NCBI GenBank assembly: GCA_963668315.1
Contig: OY764216.1
Coordinates: 4,032,001 to 4,096,000, forward strand
DNA: 64,000 bases
DNA from: Spirochaetia bacterium
GTDB lineage: Bacteria > Spirochaetota > Spirochaetia > DSM-2461
Direction of reading: 5' to 3'
Shown here: positions 38,309 to 46,980 of the stretch, piece by piece
Layout of the letters: every line of letters begins with the position of its first letter
Numbering within the stretch: position 1 is the first letter of the stretch
Position numbers and translations under genes: made by a program
The notes under the pieces: model-generated
Seen by the model: the letters and a program-made list of their open reading frames with translations, nothing else
Told to the model about the DNA's origin: nothing
Database searches by the model: none

Positions 38309-39037
38309 TCAGGCAATATCCGTCCCGGAAAGTTTCGCTGCCAGCTCGAGGGAGATGGGTGAATCGGAATGGATGCAGATCGTATCGGCTTTGATATCAA
38401 CTTCTTCTGTCGTTACCGTTCCGTCGGCCCGGGTTATATGGCCGTCGATTTTCCCGTTTTTAACGATATTCATGGCGTGGGCCACCGCTTCATCCAGATC
38501 ATGGATAGAGGCGTAATCCAGCTTACGGCTGACCAGGGTCAACTGACCGGTCCGGGGATCATAGGCGTAACGCCTTTCGGCAAAGGCCTCATAGAAGACA
38601 TCCATTCCCAGAGTCAGGCTTTCGGCAGCCAGACAGGACTGGTAAGGGGTTACCACCGTCTTTATCCCCTGCTCCTTCAGCCATCCGGCCAGAATCCGGG
38701 AAAGGTCCGGCCTGACCCAGCAGTCGTTGTAAAGGGCTCCGTGAAACTTGACTTTGTCCACGCCGCCTATGAGTTCATACTGGGCATCGAGGCTTTTCAG
38801 AAGATCAGCCGGAGCGATATCCATGGAGAAACGGCCGAAGTTCTCCCTGTCGGGATAGGACAGGTGGGCTGTAACGGCGACCTGATTCTCTTCGGCCAGT
38901 TTTTTGAAGGCGTCTATGCTCTCCCCATCTCCCGCATGGCCGCCGCAGGCGATATTCGCCATGCTGATATGCTTCATCAATTCAATATCAACGGGATGGT
39001 CGGCACCTCTTTCGCCGATGTCGCAATTTATATGCAT
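38309..39037 (-). CDS. pxpA: 5-oxoprolinase subunit A (LamB/YcsF family)
   Basis: INCDIGE, ANIACGGHAG, HLSYPDRENFGR, KFHGALYN, TICIHSD. Confidence 0.93.
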   Translation of the reverse strand: MHINCDIGERGADHPVDIELMKHISMANIACGGHAGDGESIDAFKKLAEENQVAVTAHLSYPDRENFGRFSMDIAPADLLKSLDAQYELIGGVDKVKFHGALYNDCWVRPDLSRILAGWLKEQGIKTVVTPYQSCLAAESLTLGMDVFYEAFAERRYAYDPRTGQLTLVSRKLDYASIHDLDEAVAHAMNIVKNGKIDGHITRADGTVTTEEVDIKADTICIHSDSPISLELAAKLSGTDIA

Positions 39038-39657
39038 CAGTTAATCTCCTTCATAATAACAGTGTCGCCCGGCTCTATCAGCAGCAGATGCTTCGGATCG
39101 GTAGAGCCGATAAGATTCCACCCCCCCGGGGATTCCTGCGGATAGATTCCGGTCTGTGCTCCGCCGATAGCCACGGCCCCGGCAGGCACTTTCACCCGGG
39201 GGCTGTCGAGCCGCGGGGTTTCCAGGCGGGGGTCCAGACCGATCAGATAGGGGAAGTTCGGAAGAAAGCCGACCATAGCAACGGTAAAAGTACTGCCCCT
39301 GTGCAGGTCGATAACCTCACGGACCGTAAGTTTATGCAGATCAGCCACGCGCTCAAGATCCTCCCCGTCATACCGGACAGGTATTTCCACTCTCTTGCCC
39401 GCCTGCTCTCCCCCGGAATCATCCCGGCTGAAGCAGGAAGAGACATACTCTTCCAGCTCGGATCTGTCCGTCGTCAGGGGATCGAAATGAACAGCCAGGG
39501 CATTGTATGAGGGAACAAGGTCCAGGATACCCCGTGAAGCCGGTCCCTCTTCTTTTAAGCGGCGGTAAACCGACAGGATCCGGGAGGAAACCTCCGCATC
39601 TATCGTGCGAGACAGGGACCAGCAGAGGCAGGAATCGCCCAGAGGATACCGCTCCAT
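39037..39657 (-). CDS. pxpB: 5-oxoprolinase subunit B (AHS1/KipI family)
   Basis: VPSY, IPVRYDGEDL, GFLPNFPYL, PRVKVPAGAVAIGG..YPQESPGGWNLIG. Confidence 0.93.
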   Translation of the reverse strand: MERYPLGDSCLCWSLSRTIDAEVSSRILSVYRRLKEEGPASRGILDLVPSYNALAVHFDPLTTDRSELEEYVSSCFSRDDSGGEQAGKRVEIPVRYDGEDLERVADLHKLTVREVIDLHRGSTFTVAMVGFLPNFPYLIGLDPRLETPRLDSPRVKVPAGAVAIGGAQTGIYPQESPGGWNLIGSTDPKHLLLIEPGDTVIMKEIN

Positions 39658-40566
39658 TTACATCTCCCGGTCTGCGCCTGAGGCCAGTTCAAAAAGCTGT
39701 CCGTAAAGATCATGTTCCCAGGAAGCATCGAGCCCGTCAACCGTGGCCTTATGCTCGCCGCTGACCCCGTCCACGGCTCCGGCTTCCACCACGGCATTCA
39801 GAATGCCGGCGAATTCACCGGGAGAGGGAAGAAGGTTTCTTCCGGCCATAAGGGACAGGAGGGCGGCTTTTCCGTAACCGGCCCAGTTGCTCACGCCGGC
39901 GCAGACACAATGGTGGGCATTGGTTTTACAGCTGAAGGCCCTTCCGGGCGCCACATGAACATCCACCATATTCGAAACAAGGCCCATGCCCAGTTCGTTT
40001 CCGCCGTCTCCTATACCGATAGTTCTGATCCCCTGTGCGGCGCAGTATTTGAAAAGCGTATCCACCGGTGCCACGGCAAAGGATATATCGTCCCCCCGGA
40101 AGTTGTAATATTTACCGTCCACGGCCATTCCGGGACGTTCAATGGCCACGAAATGGGTGGTATCGGGGCGTACGGAATTCACGGCGATGAGATCGTCCTC
40201 CCTGTCATAACCGACGATGTCCATCTCCCTTCCGATAGAAGCGAATCCGGCTTTCATAATATCCACCGAATGGGAATCGACGATAATGGTAACCTCTTTT
40301 CCCAGCCGGACCAGAGCTTCTGCCAGCACGACGGCACCCGGAGGGCCGTCCGTCTCGATCACACCGGCGCTCTTTATGAAAAAACCGGTGGTAAGGAGGA
40401 TATGCTTCCCCTCCAGAAGGGATTCGGTGGCGGGAAGAATATGATCCTGTACGGCCCAGTCGGCCAGGCCTCTTTTTCCCGGATCCTGCTGAATAAGCGT
40501 CTCAATGAACCGGGCATTCTGAGCCCAGGTCTGTTTCTCACTATCAGATTTTAAAATCACGGTCAT
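39658..40566 (-). CDS. DUF4392 / D-glutamate cyclase-like domain protein
   Basis: TTGF..ETDGPPGA, IERPG..G.YYN.RG, IGIGDGGNELGMG, VSNWAGYG, GAVDGV. Confidence 0.88.
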   Translation of the reverse strand: MTVILKSDSEKQTWAQNARFIETLIQQDPGKRGLADWAVQDHILPATESLLEGKHILLTTGFFIKSAGVIETDGPPGAVVLAEALVRLGKEVTIIVDSHSVDIMKAGFASIGREMDIVGYDREDDLIAVNSVRPDTTHFVAIERPGMAVDGKYYNFRGDDISFAVAPVDTLFKYCAAQGIRTIGIGDGGNELGMGLVSNMVDVHVAPGRAFSCKTNAHHCVCAGVSNWAGYGKAALLSLMAGRNLLPSPGEFAGILNAVVEAGAVDGVSGEHKATVDGLDASWEHDLYGQLFELASGADREM

Positions 40567-41323
40567 AAAGGTCTCCTATAAACATATGTCCCGGGGCGTG
40601 GGTTATCATGATGGGGGGCTTTGCCACCACGGCGGCAGACTGGGGCGTCACGCCGCAGGCCCAGAAAACGGGAATTTCATTTTCCCGGACAGTCACGGCA
40701 TCGCCGTAATCGGGTTTATTTAAATCTTTTATGCCGATCATCCCGGGATGGGCCAGATGAACGGGACTTCCATGCACGGCAGGATAATCCCGGGTAATTT
40801 CGATGGAACGGATGGCATCCTTGGGTTCGAAGGGGCGCATACTGACGACCATGGGGACATCGGTAAAACGGCCCGCATCACGGCACATCAGGTTGGTCCT
40901 GTACATGGGCACATTGACATTTTCCGTAATATGACGGACATCCAGCCCTCCGGCCAGCAGAGCCTGTTCAAAGGAAAAGCTGCAGCCGATAAGAAAAAAA
41001 ACAAAATCATCACGCCACAGATCGGAAATATCGGTGCACTCCCTGGTCAGCTCACCCTTCTCATAGACACGGTATTTGGGAAGATCGGTGCAGATATCGG
41101 CATGATCGGCCAGAATATCGGTAAAACGGGACCCCTTCTCCCCCACTTCCAGAATAGGACAGGGTTTGGGATTCCGCTGGGCAAAGAGAAGAAAATCCTG
41201 GGCCCAGTCTGCCGGCAGAATGGCCAGATTTGCCTGTACATGCCCGCTGGCAAGACCGGCCGTAGGTCCTGTTAACACTTGAGACCGGCAATCCTGCCGG
41301 ACTTCTTCTGCTGTCTGACTCAT
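40544..41323 (-). CDS. DUF1445 / YcsI putative hydro-lyase
   Basis: QANLAILP..F..RNPKPCP, GCSFSFE, NVPMYRTN, VVSMRP, HGSPVH, FWACGVTPQ, THAPGHM. Confidence 0.92.
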   Translation of the reverse strand: MSQTAEEVRQDCRSQVLTGPTAGLASGHVQANLAILPADWAQDFLLFAQRNPKPCPILEVGEKGSRFTDILADHADICTDLPKYRVYEKGELTRECTDISDLWRDDFVFFLIGCSFSFEQALLAGGLDVRHITENVNVPMYRTNLMCRDAGRFTDVPMVVSMRPFEPKDAIRSIEITRDYPAVHGSPVHLAHPGMIGIKDLNKPDYGDAVTVRENEIPVFWACGVTPQSAAVVAKPPIMITHAPGHMFIGDLYDRDFKI

Positions 41324-41674
41324 ATCATCCTCACCAGGTAATAATCATCCGAACCGGAACCTTTTAAGGTCCGGCCAGGAGTGCATTATTAAATATATAT
41401 TCAAAATCTATAGGGACATTATTCAATTTGGTTGTTTTAATCAATACCCGAAATACCGTTTTTCGTATTTTTAATCATCCTATTCTACGTTTTCACATAG
41501 ACACAAAGGGTATATCTACGCTTTACAATGTACTACATAAATGTATATTTATTCATAATATCTTTTATTTCTCTATACTGCATAAAATTAAATGGCTTAC
41601 ATAATTGTATGAAGCTCTTTTCCTTAACCTGTAACCTCAGAAAAGCGCTGGCCCGGAATAGCCCTTAGGGGAAG

Positions 41675-41706
41675 AAAAAAAAGCCGTCCTGACAGCAGAA
41701 CGGCTT
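41675..41706 (-). terminator. Intrinsic terminator after murD
   Basis: Minus strand GCCGTTCTGCTGTCAGGACGGC followed by T8. Confidence 0.8.
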
Positions 41707-41750
41707 CATTATGATAATGAGAAAAATAATCCTTCTTCGGAAAGGCTCCT

Positions 41751-43127
41751 TCAGGAGAGGGAATCCACCAGGGCTTTGAACTGATTCCCCCTGTCGAATT
41801 CATTCAGAAACATTCCGAAGGAAGTTGCCCCGGGAGAAAGAATGACCCTGTCACCCGGTTCCGCCAGGCCGACGGCCTGGTCAAAAGCCTCTTTTAAAGA
41901 ACCATAGGGTCCCTGGTAAACGATCTTTTCCCGATCCATAATATCCATCATGCTGTCGGTGGCGCTGCCCTTGAGCAGAATGACGGCCTTGGCTTTCTGC
42001 ATTTTTCCCTCGAATACGGAGAAGTCCAGATTCTTGTCGGTTCCCCCGCAGATAAGCACGGGTTTATCCTTAAAGCTCTCAACGGCGGCAACCAGGGCGT
42101 CGGGTATGGTCGCGGCCGTGTCATTGTAAAACTCAACTCCCCTCTTCGTCCCGCACAATTCCATTCTGTGAGGGACGCCGGGAAAGCTCTTCACAGCTTT
42201 GACGACCTCTTCCCGGGCGATGCCGAAAAGGCGGGCCATGGAAGCGGCGATCAGCAGATTGCCTCTCAGGTGCCTTCCGGGAAGGGCGATATCGTCGGGA
42301 ACCAGAAGCTCCTCCCCCCCGCCGGAATTACGGAACCACCCCTGCCCGCCCTGAAGGCCGAAGCTGACCTGATCGGAAAAGGAATCATCCTCAGTGGAAA
42401 AAAGAAGAACATCGGCCTTCGTCTGATTCGGCCAGTCACGATGATTCTCCTTAATCGGCATCAAGGCCTTCTGACCGGGTTTCTGTTCGCTGTAGATAAC
42501 CAGTTTATCGTCTATGTAATCCTGAATACTTTCGTAACGGTTCTGGTGGTCGTGCATAATATTGGTAATAACGGCGATTTCCGGATGAAGGAGATCTTTC
42601 CCCCTCAGATCCGCCAGCTGCCAGGAGGAGAGCTCCAGCACGACCGGATCCTCCGGGTTCAGCTGATCCAGAAAGCTCAGGGGAGATATGGTGATATTCC
42701 CCCCCAGGCGGCTGCCGGGGAAGCTCTGTTTGAGGATATGGTGGAGGGCTGAAACGGTGGTGGATTTTCCCTTGCTCCCCGTAACAGCCAGAATGGGATT
42801 AGGGCAGAACATCAGAAAAAGAGACAAGTCGGTCTCTATCCGCCGGGCCATTTTCAGGTAGGGAGAATCCAGGGTAACGGCCGGATTCTTTATGACCATG
42901 GCGGCATTGCGGAAGTCCTCCTCCTCATGGCGTCCCAGTACGTAACGTATGGGCAGGCCTTCCAGCTCCTTAATGGTGGGAGCCAGGATATCGCGGTCCC
43001 TGAGATCGGTCACGGTGACCAAGGCTCCTTCTCTGGCGAGAAATCGGGCAGAGGCCAACCCGCCCCCGTTCAGTCCCAGTCCCATTACCGTTACCGGCAT
43101 ATCTTTAAGTTCTTCTCGGTTCATCAT
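41751..43127 (-). CDS. murD: UDP-MurNAc-L-Ala:D-glutamate ligase
   Basis: GLGLNGGG, TGSKGKSTT, LELSSWQL, PHRME, NDTAAT, LSPGATSFGMF. Confidence 0.95.
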   Translation of the reverse strand: MMNREELKDMPVTVMGLGLNGGGLASARFLAREGALVTVTDLRDRDILAPTIKELEGLPIRYVLGRHEEEDFRNAAMVIKNPAVTLDSPYLKMARRIETDLSLFLMFCPNPILAVTGSKGKSTTVSALHHILKQSFPGSRLGGNITISPLSFLDQLNPEDPVVLELSSWQLADLRGKDLLHPEIAVITNIMHDHQNRYESIQDYIDDKLVIYSEQKPGQKALMPIKENHRDWPNQTKADVLLFSTEDDSFSDQVSFGLQGGQGWFRNSGGGEELLVPDDIALPGRHLRGNLLIAASMARLFGIAREEVVKAVKSFPGVPHRMELCGTKRGVEFYNDTAATIPDALVAAVESFKDKPVLICGGTDKNLDFSVFEGKMQKAKAVILLKGSATDSMMDIMDREKIVYQGPYGSLKEAFDQAVGLAEPGDRVILSPGATSFGMFLNEFDRGNQFKALVDSLS

Positions 43128-43312
43128 GGCACTACATTAGTACAATCCCTCCTTCTTTGCAATCATATTTCCCAAGAAAGAGAGTACGGAGAATCGGGAG
43201 GCTCCCCATTATTCCCCTTTTCACGGACCAGCCGATTTTACGGCATATCAGCACTGTTTATGAGAGAGGAAATTGAATATAATAAACCAAACTTTGACCA
43301 AGAGGCATTCCA

Positions 43313-45532
43313 TTGTACAGAGCAGTTCTATTACCTTTCCTATTTTTACTAACCATCATAAATACTCCGCCGCTCCTTTCCCAGGAGATGTCATCGGATG
43401 ACCCGGTAGTCGCCCTTGTTCTTGCCGGAGGGGGAGCCCTGGGATTCGCCCATGTGGGAGCCCTCAAAGTGCTGGAAGAGGAAGGCATTCATCCCGATCT
43501 GGTCATTGGGGCCAGTATGGGGAGCATCGTGGGCGGTCTTTACTGTACGGGCTACTCAGCGGAGGAGATTGAAAATCTGGTAATTGGAACGGATTGGAAG
43601 GAAACCATGCTGGACAATTACGACAGAAGGAAACTCAGCTATGAGAAGAGGAGAAACCAGCCTTCCTACAACATATCCCTGGGGACGGAAAAGGAGAACA
43701 GGGTTAGCGATGCGGGCTTGTCCCAGGCCCAGCATGTCATGGAACTTCTGGACGCTTACCTGGCGCCCTATACGACGGAAATGGATTTCGATGACCTCCC
43801 CGTCCCTTTTCGCGCCGTGGGAGCCGATTTGCTCACCGGAGAGAAGGTCGTAATGGGAAAGGGGGATTTAAAGAGGGCAATCCGGGCCTCCATGGCCGTG
43901 CCCGGCATATTCACTCCCGTGGAATACGGGGACCGGTTCCTCATTGACGGCGGGTGGGCGGAAAATCTTCCCACGACCGTGGCCCGTGAAATGGGAGCGG
44001 ACATTGTCATAGCCGTTTCCCTCTTCTCCTTGGAGGGAGACATGGACAAGCTGAATACGGTGGGGGCCGTCACCGCCCAGGCCGATCAGATCCGCACTCT
44101 GGAACGGTACAGAATGAGCCGGGAAGCGGCTGACCTGATCATATCTCCCGAACTTTCCGGGTATACCATGGCCGATTTCGAAAGGAGCGCCCGCCTCTCC
44201 GAGCTTGGATACCAGGCGGCGGACCGGATGCGGGGCGAGATCCGGGCTCTGGCCGATTCTCTGAAAAAGGACAGGCTCGCATCACAGGCCCGAACCTGTG
44301 ATGACAGGGTAATTCCCCTTTCGGCCATAAATGTCTCGATAGACGGGAATAGGGTCAGGGAGGAGAAACTGGAAAAGGAAATCACCGAGGCCCTGGGTGA
44401 CGCACCCCGGTTAAGTGAAATCCGCCAAAAACTGTATTCCCTTTACGACAGGGGCGATTATACCCATGTCTGGTACCGCCTTGTGCCGGCGGACGGGGAA
44501 AAGTTCACGATGGAAGTCGACGCGCCGGGCGGTATCATTCCGGAAAACAGTTTCAGCCTGGCCCTTGATTTTTCCAGCCAGGCCATCGAGGGACGCATAA
44601 CGGAATTCTCCCTGAAAACCTCCTACCAGCGCTGGCTGGACAACAGCAGGCGCAACCGGCTGGAACTGGAGCTCCGGCTGTCCGATTTTCCCTCCCTTGC
44701 CACGGAATTCGATCATAAATTCCCCGACAGGGATATGTCCCTCGGCGGGGAAGCCCACTTCAGAAGTGATACCCGGTACTTCTTCGAGGACAGCACCGTT
44801 TCGTCACTCTACGGCAGGCAGATTCTGGGAGCGGAGACCTATCTGGAACACTCCTTTTTTGACCGTTTCGATATTAAGGGAGTTCTGTATTATGACTTTT
44901 TCTGGATGGATCATCAGCTGGGCGTTGACTTCCTGGAAGATGAGACATGGCAGAGACTGGGGGCAAGAGGCATCATTTCCATTGATACCCTGGACAGGCG
45001 GGTCGTACCCAGGAAAGGGGTGAATGCGGTCTACCTGGTTGAGGGAGGCGTTGACAGAGAGGGAAACCGGATCGGATTCTATAAAACCGCCGGACTGGTT
45101 TACCTCTCCCTGACGGACTTCCTCGTGGCCGTTCCCCGCTGGGAAGCCCAGGGGCTTCTGGCAGGGACTCTCTCCCCCCTGGAAGCTCCCACTCTAGGAA
45201 ATTACATCAGCCTCTACGGATACTATCCCCAGGAACTGAGGGATGAGAACGCGGTCATGGGAGGAATGGAAATCCGGATAAAGCTGGCCAGCCTGCCCCT
45301 GGGAATCGGCAATGATGTCTATCTCGCCGCCGGGGGAAATTATGCCGCCCTGTGGGAGGACGACATACAGAAGCAGTATGACAACTACAGGGATTTCTAC
45401 GGTTTCGGGACCGGCCTTATCCTGAATACCATTCTGGGGGAAGTAAGCTTTACCATAAGCGGCAACAGGGACGGGAGGTTATCCTCTTTCTTCGGAATCA
45501 GCACTTCACTGCCCCTGGCGGAAAAGCTCTGA
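43313..45532 (+). CDS. Patatin-like phospholipase with C-terminal Omp85-like beta-barrel (PlpD / type Vd-like)
   Basis: Signal peptide, GGGALG, GASMG, IDGG; beta-rich C-terminal half with DTLDRRVVPRKG and LYGY. Confidence 0.82.
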   Translation: MYRAVLLPFLFLLTIINTPPLLSQEMSSDDPVVALVLAGGGALGFAHVGALKVLEEEGIHPDLVIGASMGSIVGGLYCTGYSAEEIENLVIGTDWKETMLDNYDRRKLSYEKRRNQPSYNISLGTEKENRVSDAGLSQAQHVMELLDAYLAPYTTEMDFDDLPVPFRAVGADLLTGEKVVMGKGDLKRAIRASMAVPGIFTPVEYGDRFLIDGGWAENLPTTVAREMGADIVIAVSLFSLEGDMDKLNTVGAVTAQADQIRTLERYRMSREAADLIISPELSGYTMADFERSARLSELGYQAADRMRGEIRALADSLKKDRLASQARTCDDRVIPLSAINVSIDGNRVREEKLEKEITEALGDAPRLSEIRQKLYSLYDRGDYTHVWYRLVPADGEKFTMEVDAPGGIIPENSFSLALDFSSQAIEGRITEFSLKTSYQRWLDNSRRNRLELELRLSDFPSLATEFDHKFPDRDMSLGGEAHFRSDTRYFFEDSTVSSLYGRQILGAETYLEHSFFDRFDIKGVLYYDFFWMDHQLGVDFLEDETWQRLGARGIISIDTLDRRVVPRKGVNAVYLVEGGVDREGNRIGFYKTAGLVYLSLTDFLVAVPRWEAQGLLAGTLSPLEAPTLGNYISLYGYYPQELRDENAVMGGMEIRIKLASLPLGIGNDVYLAAGGNYAALWEDDIQKQYDNYRDFYGFGTGLILNTILGEVSFTISGNRDGRLSSFFGISTSLPLAEKL

Positions 45533-45619
45533 GGAAGCGGAGAGAGCTCCCTTTCTCAGCTAGATGACTCATTTGTAATCGTCTTGTAATTGTGGTGCAA
45601 TCCATTGAGTGTATATTAC

Positions 45620-45741
45620 ATACAAGAGCAACGGGAACGAAGTTTCCCCTTATGATGATTATTGACTTGATAATGATACTTTTTTCATAAAACTCTCTCC
45701 ATTAGTTTTTTAAAGACCGGTCAACAGCCGGTCTTTTTTTT
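45620..45741 (+). ncRNA. Candidate ~115-nt sRNA with anti-RBS seed
   Basis: Upstream TTGTAAT direct repeat and TATATT -10; 5' hairpin; TTTTTTCATAAAACTCTCTCC segment; intrinsic terminator. Confidence 0.45.
45712..45741 (+). terminator. Intrinsic terminator
   Basis: AAAGACCGG-TCAACAG-CCGGTCTTT followed by a T run. Confidence 0.85.
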
Positions 45742-45794
45742 CCCCTCCCCCTCGGTATTATCGATGCCGCGGGGGGAGGCCCGGACCTCGCTTG

Positions 45795-46325
45795 TCATTT
45801 AAGCGGATTATTCAGAATCGTCCCGATATCCTCCCTGAGGACGGGGAGAATTGCGGTAAAATCAAAAGTGAAATCCCTTTCTGTTCCCTTGATCCTATAT
45901 CTGAGGATTCCCCTGCCGCTTATGGCTTCTGCTTCCCCATGGAATTTAAAGGGATTATTTATCCACAAAACCCTGCCGAACAGGAGGGGGGAAACGTCAA
46001 AGACCTGAGGTTTGGAGTCCCCGAATCTGATAATACAGCTTTCGGGGGGATTGTCCTGGGTTTCAAAATACTCAAAGGTGATTGTCAATAAATAGGTGGG
46101 CGATTCGGTCAGCTGCCTTAAGTTCATGTATACGGTCATGGCTTTACCATCCCTCTGTTCAAAGGATGTACTGTACTTGAAGTGCCTGGTGCTGTAGATG
46201 GGATCGGTTCTCTCCCAGATCTGCCAGCCTCGGTATGAACGAACCGTATCCCAGGAATCTTCGCAGAAAAGAGAGAGGGGAAGAAGCAGAAAAAAGAAAG
46301 TTACTGCGAATTGAATCGGTTTCAT
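45795..46325 (-). CDS. Hypothetical exported protein
   Basis: Signal peptide MKPIQFAVTFFFLLLPLSLFC; 176 aa. Confidence 0.7.
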   Translation of the reverse strand: MKPIQFAVTFFFLLLPLSLFCEDSWDTVRSYRGWQIWERTDPIYSTRHFKYSTSFEQRDGKAMTVYMNLRQLTESPTYLLTITFEYFETQDNPPESCIIRFGDSKPQVFDVSPLLFGRVLWINNPFKFHGEAEAISGRGILRYRIKGTERDFTFDFTAILPVLREDIGTILNNPLK

Positions 46326-46401
46326 AACATACCCTTTGTCTTAATTATAGGCTTTTTCCCTGCGGATTGTTCCGATTGCTCTCATTTTTCAGAAATCTCT
46401 C

Positions 46402-46938
46402 CTACCATCCATTCCTGTGGATAAGGCTATTCATATTTTTTCTGGGCCTCTGCTTCGGAGATTCATCGGCATAGCCGAGGGTAATGACTCCCACCACATA
46501 CTTATCCCCGGGAATATTCAGAACTTCACGCAGGTCATTCTGCTTATACCAGCCTACCCAGCAGGTGCCCAGGCCCAGCGCTTCCGCCTCCAGTATCATA
46601 TGATCAACAGCAAAAGCCGTATCCCGGATAATCTGCTTAAGCTCGGGAAAGGGGGCATCCTCGTCAAGGACCAGACCATCGGTCTCGGGGATTCTCGACT
46701 GAATGTCCGCGGCGCAGACAATCAGCACGGGAGCGGAGAGCATCCATTTCTGGTTATGGGATACTTCGACAATTTTCTTCTTCAGATCCACCTCATCGAT
46801 AATGATGAAGTGCCAGGGCTGCGTATTGCTTTCGGAGGGAGCCAGAGATGCGTTTTTAATCATTTTTTCTATGAGTTCATCATCTACCGGGGTATCCTTA
46901 TACTTTCTGATACTTCTTCTCTTTTCTATGATTTCCAT
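46402..46938 (-). CDS. Nitroreductase family protein
   Basis: RRSIRKY, APSESNTQPW, GLGTCWVG, LGY..PRK. Confidence 0.93.
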   Translation of the reverse strand: MEIIEKRRSIRKYKDTPVDDELIEKMIKNASLAPSESNTQPWHFIIIDEVDLKKKIVEVSHNQKWMLSAPVLIVCAADIQSRIPETDGLVLDEDAPFPELKQIIRDTAFAVDHMILEAEALGLGTCWVGWYKQNDLREVLNIPGDKYVVGVITLGYADESPKQRPRKNMNSLIHRNGW

Positions 46939-46980
46939 ATCTTATCCTCTTTCCTTGCCGGTAATCCCTTATCCCGGGAA

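Noticed and set aside
38308..38400. Longer N-termini from the ORF track for pxpC (also 31758, 48633, 56417, 62850, 63933)
   Set aside because: They overlap neighbours or lack an RBS; downstream starts give tighter coupling or clear SD sequences.
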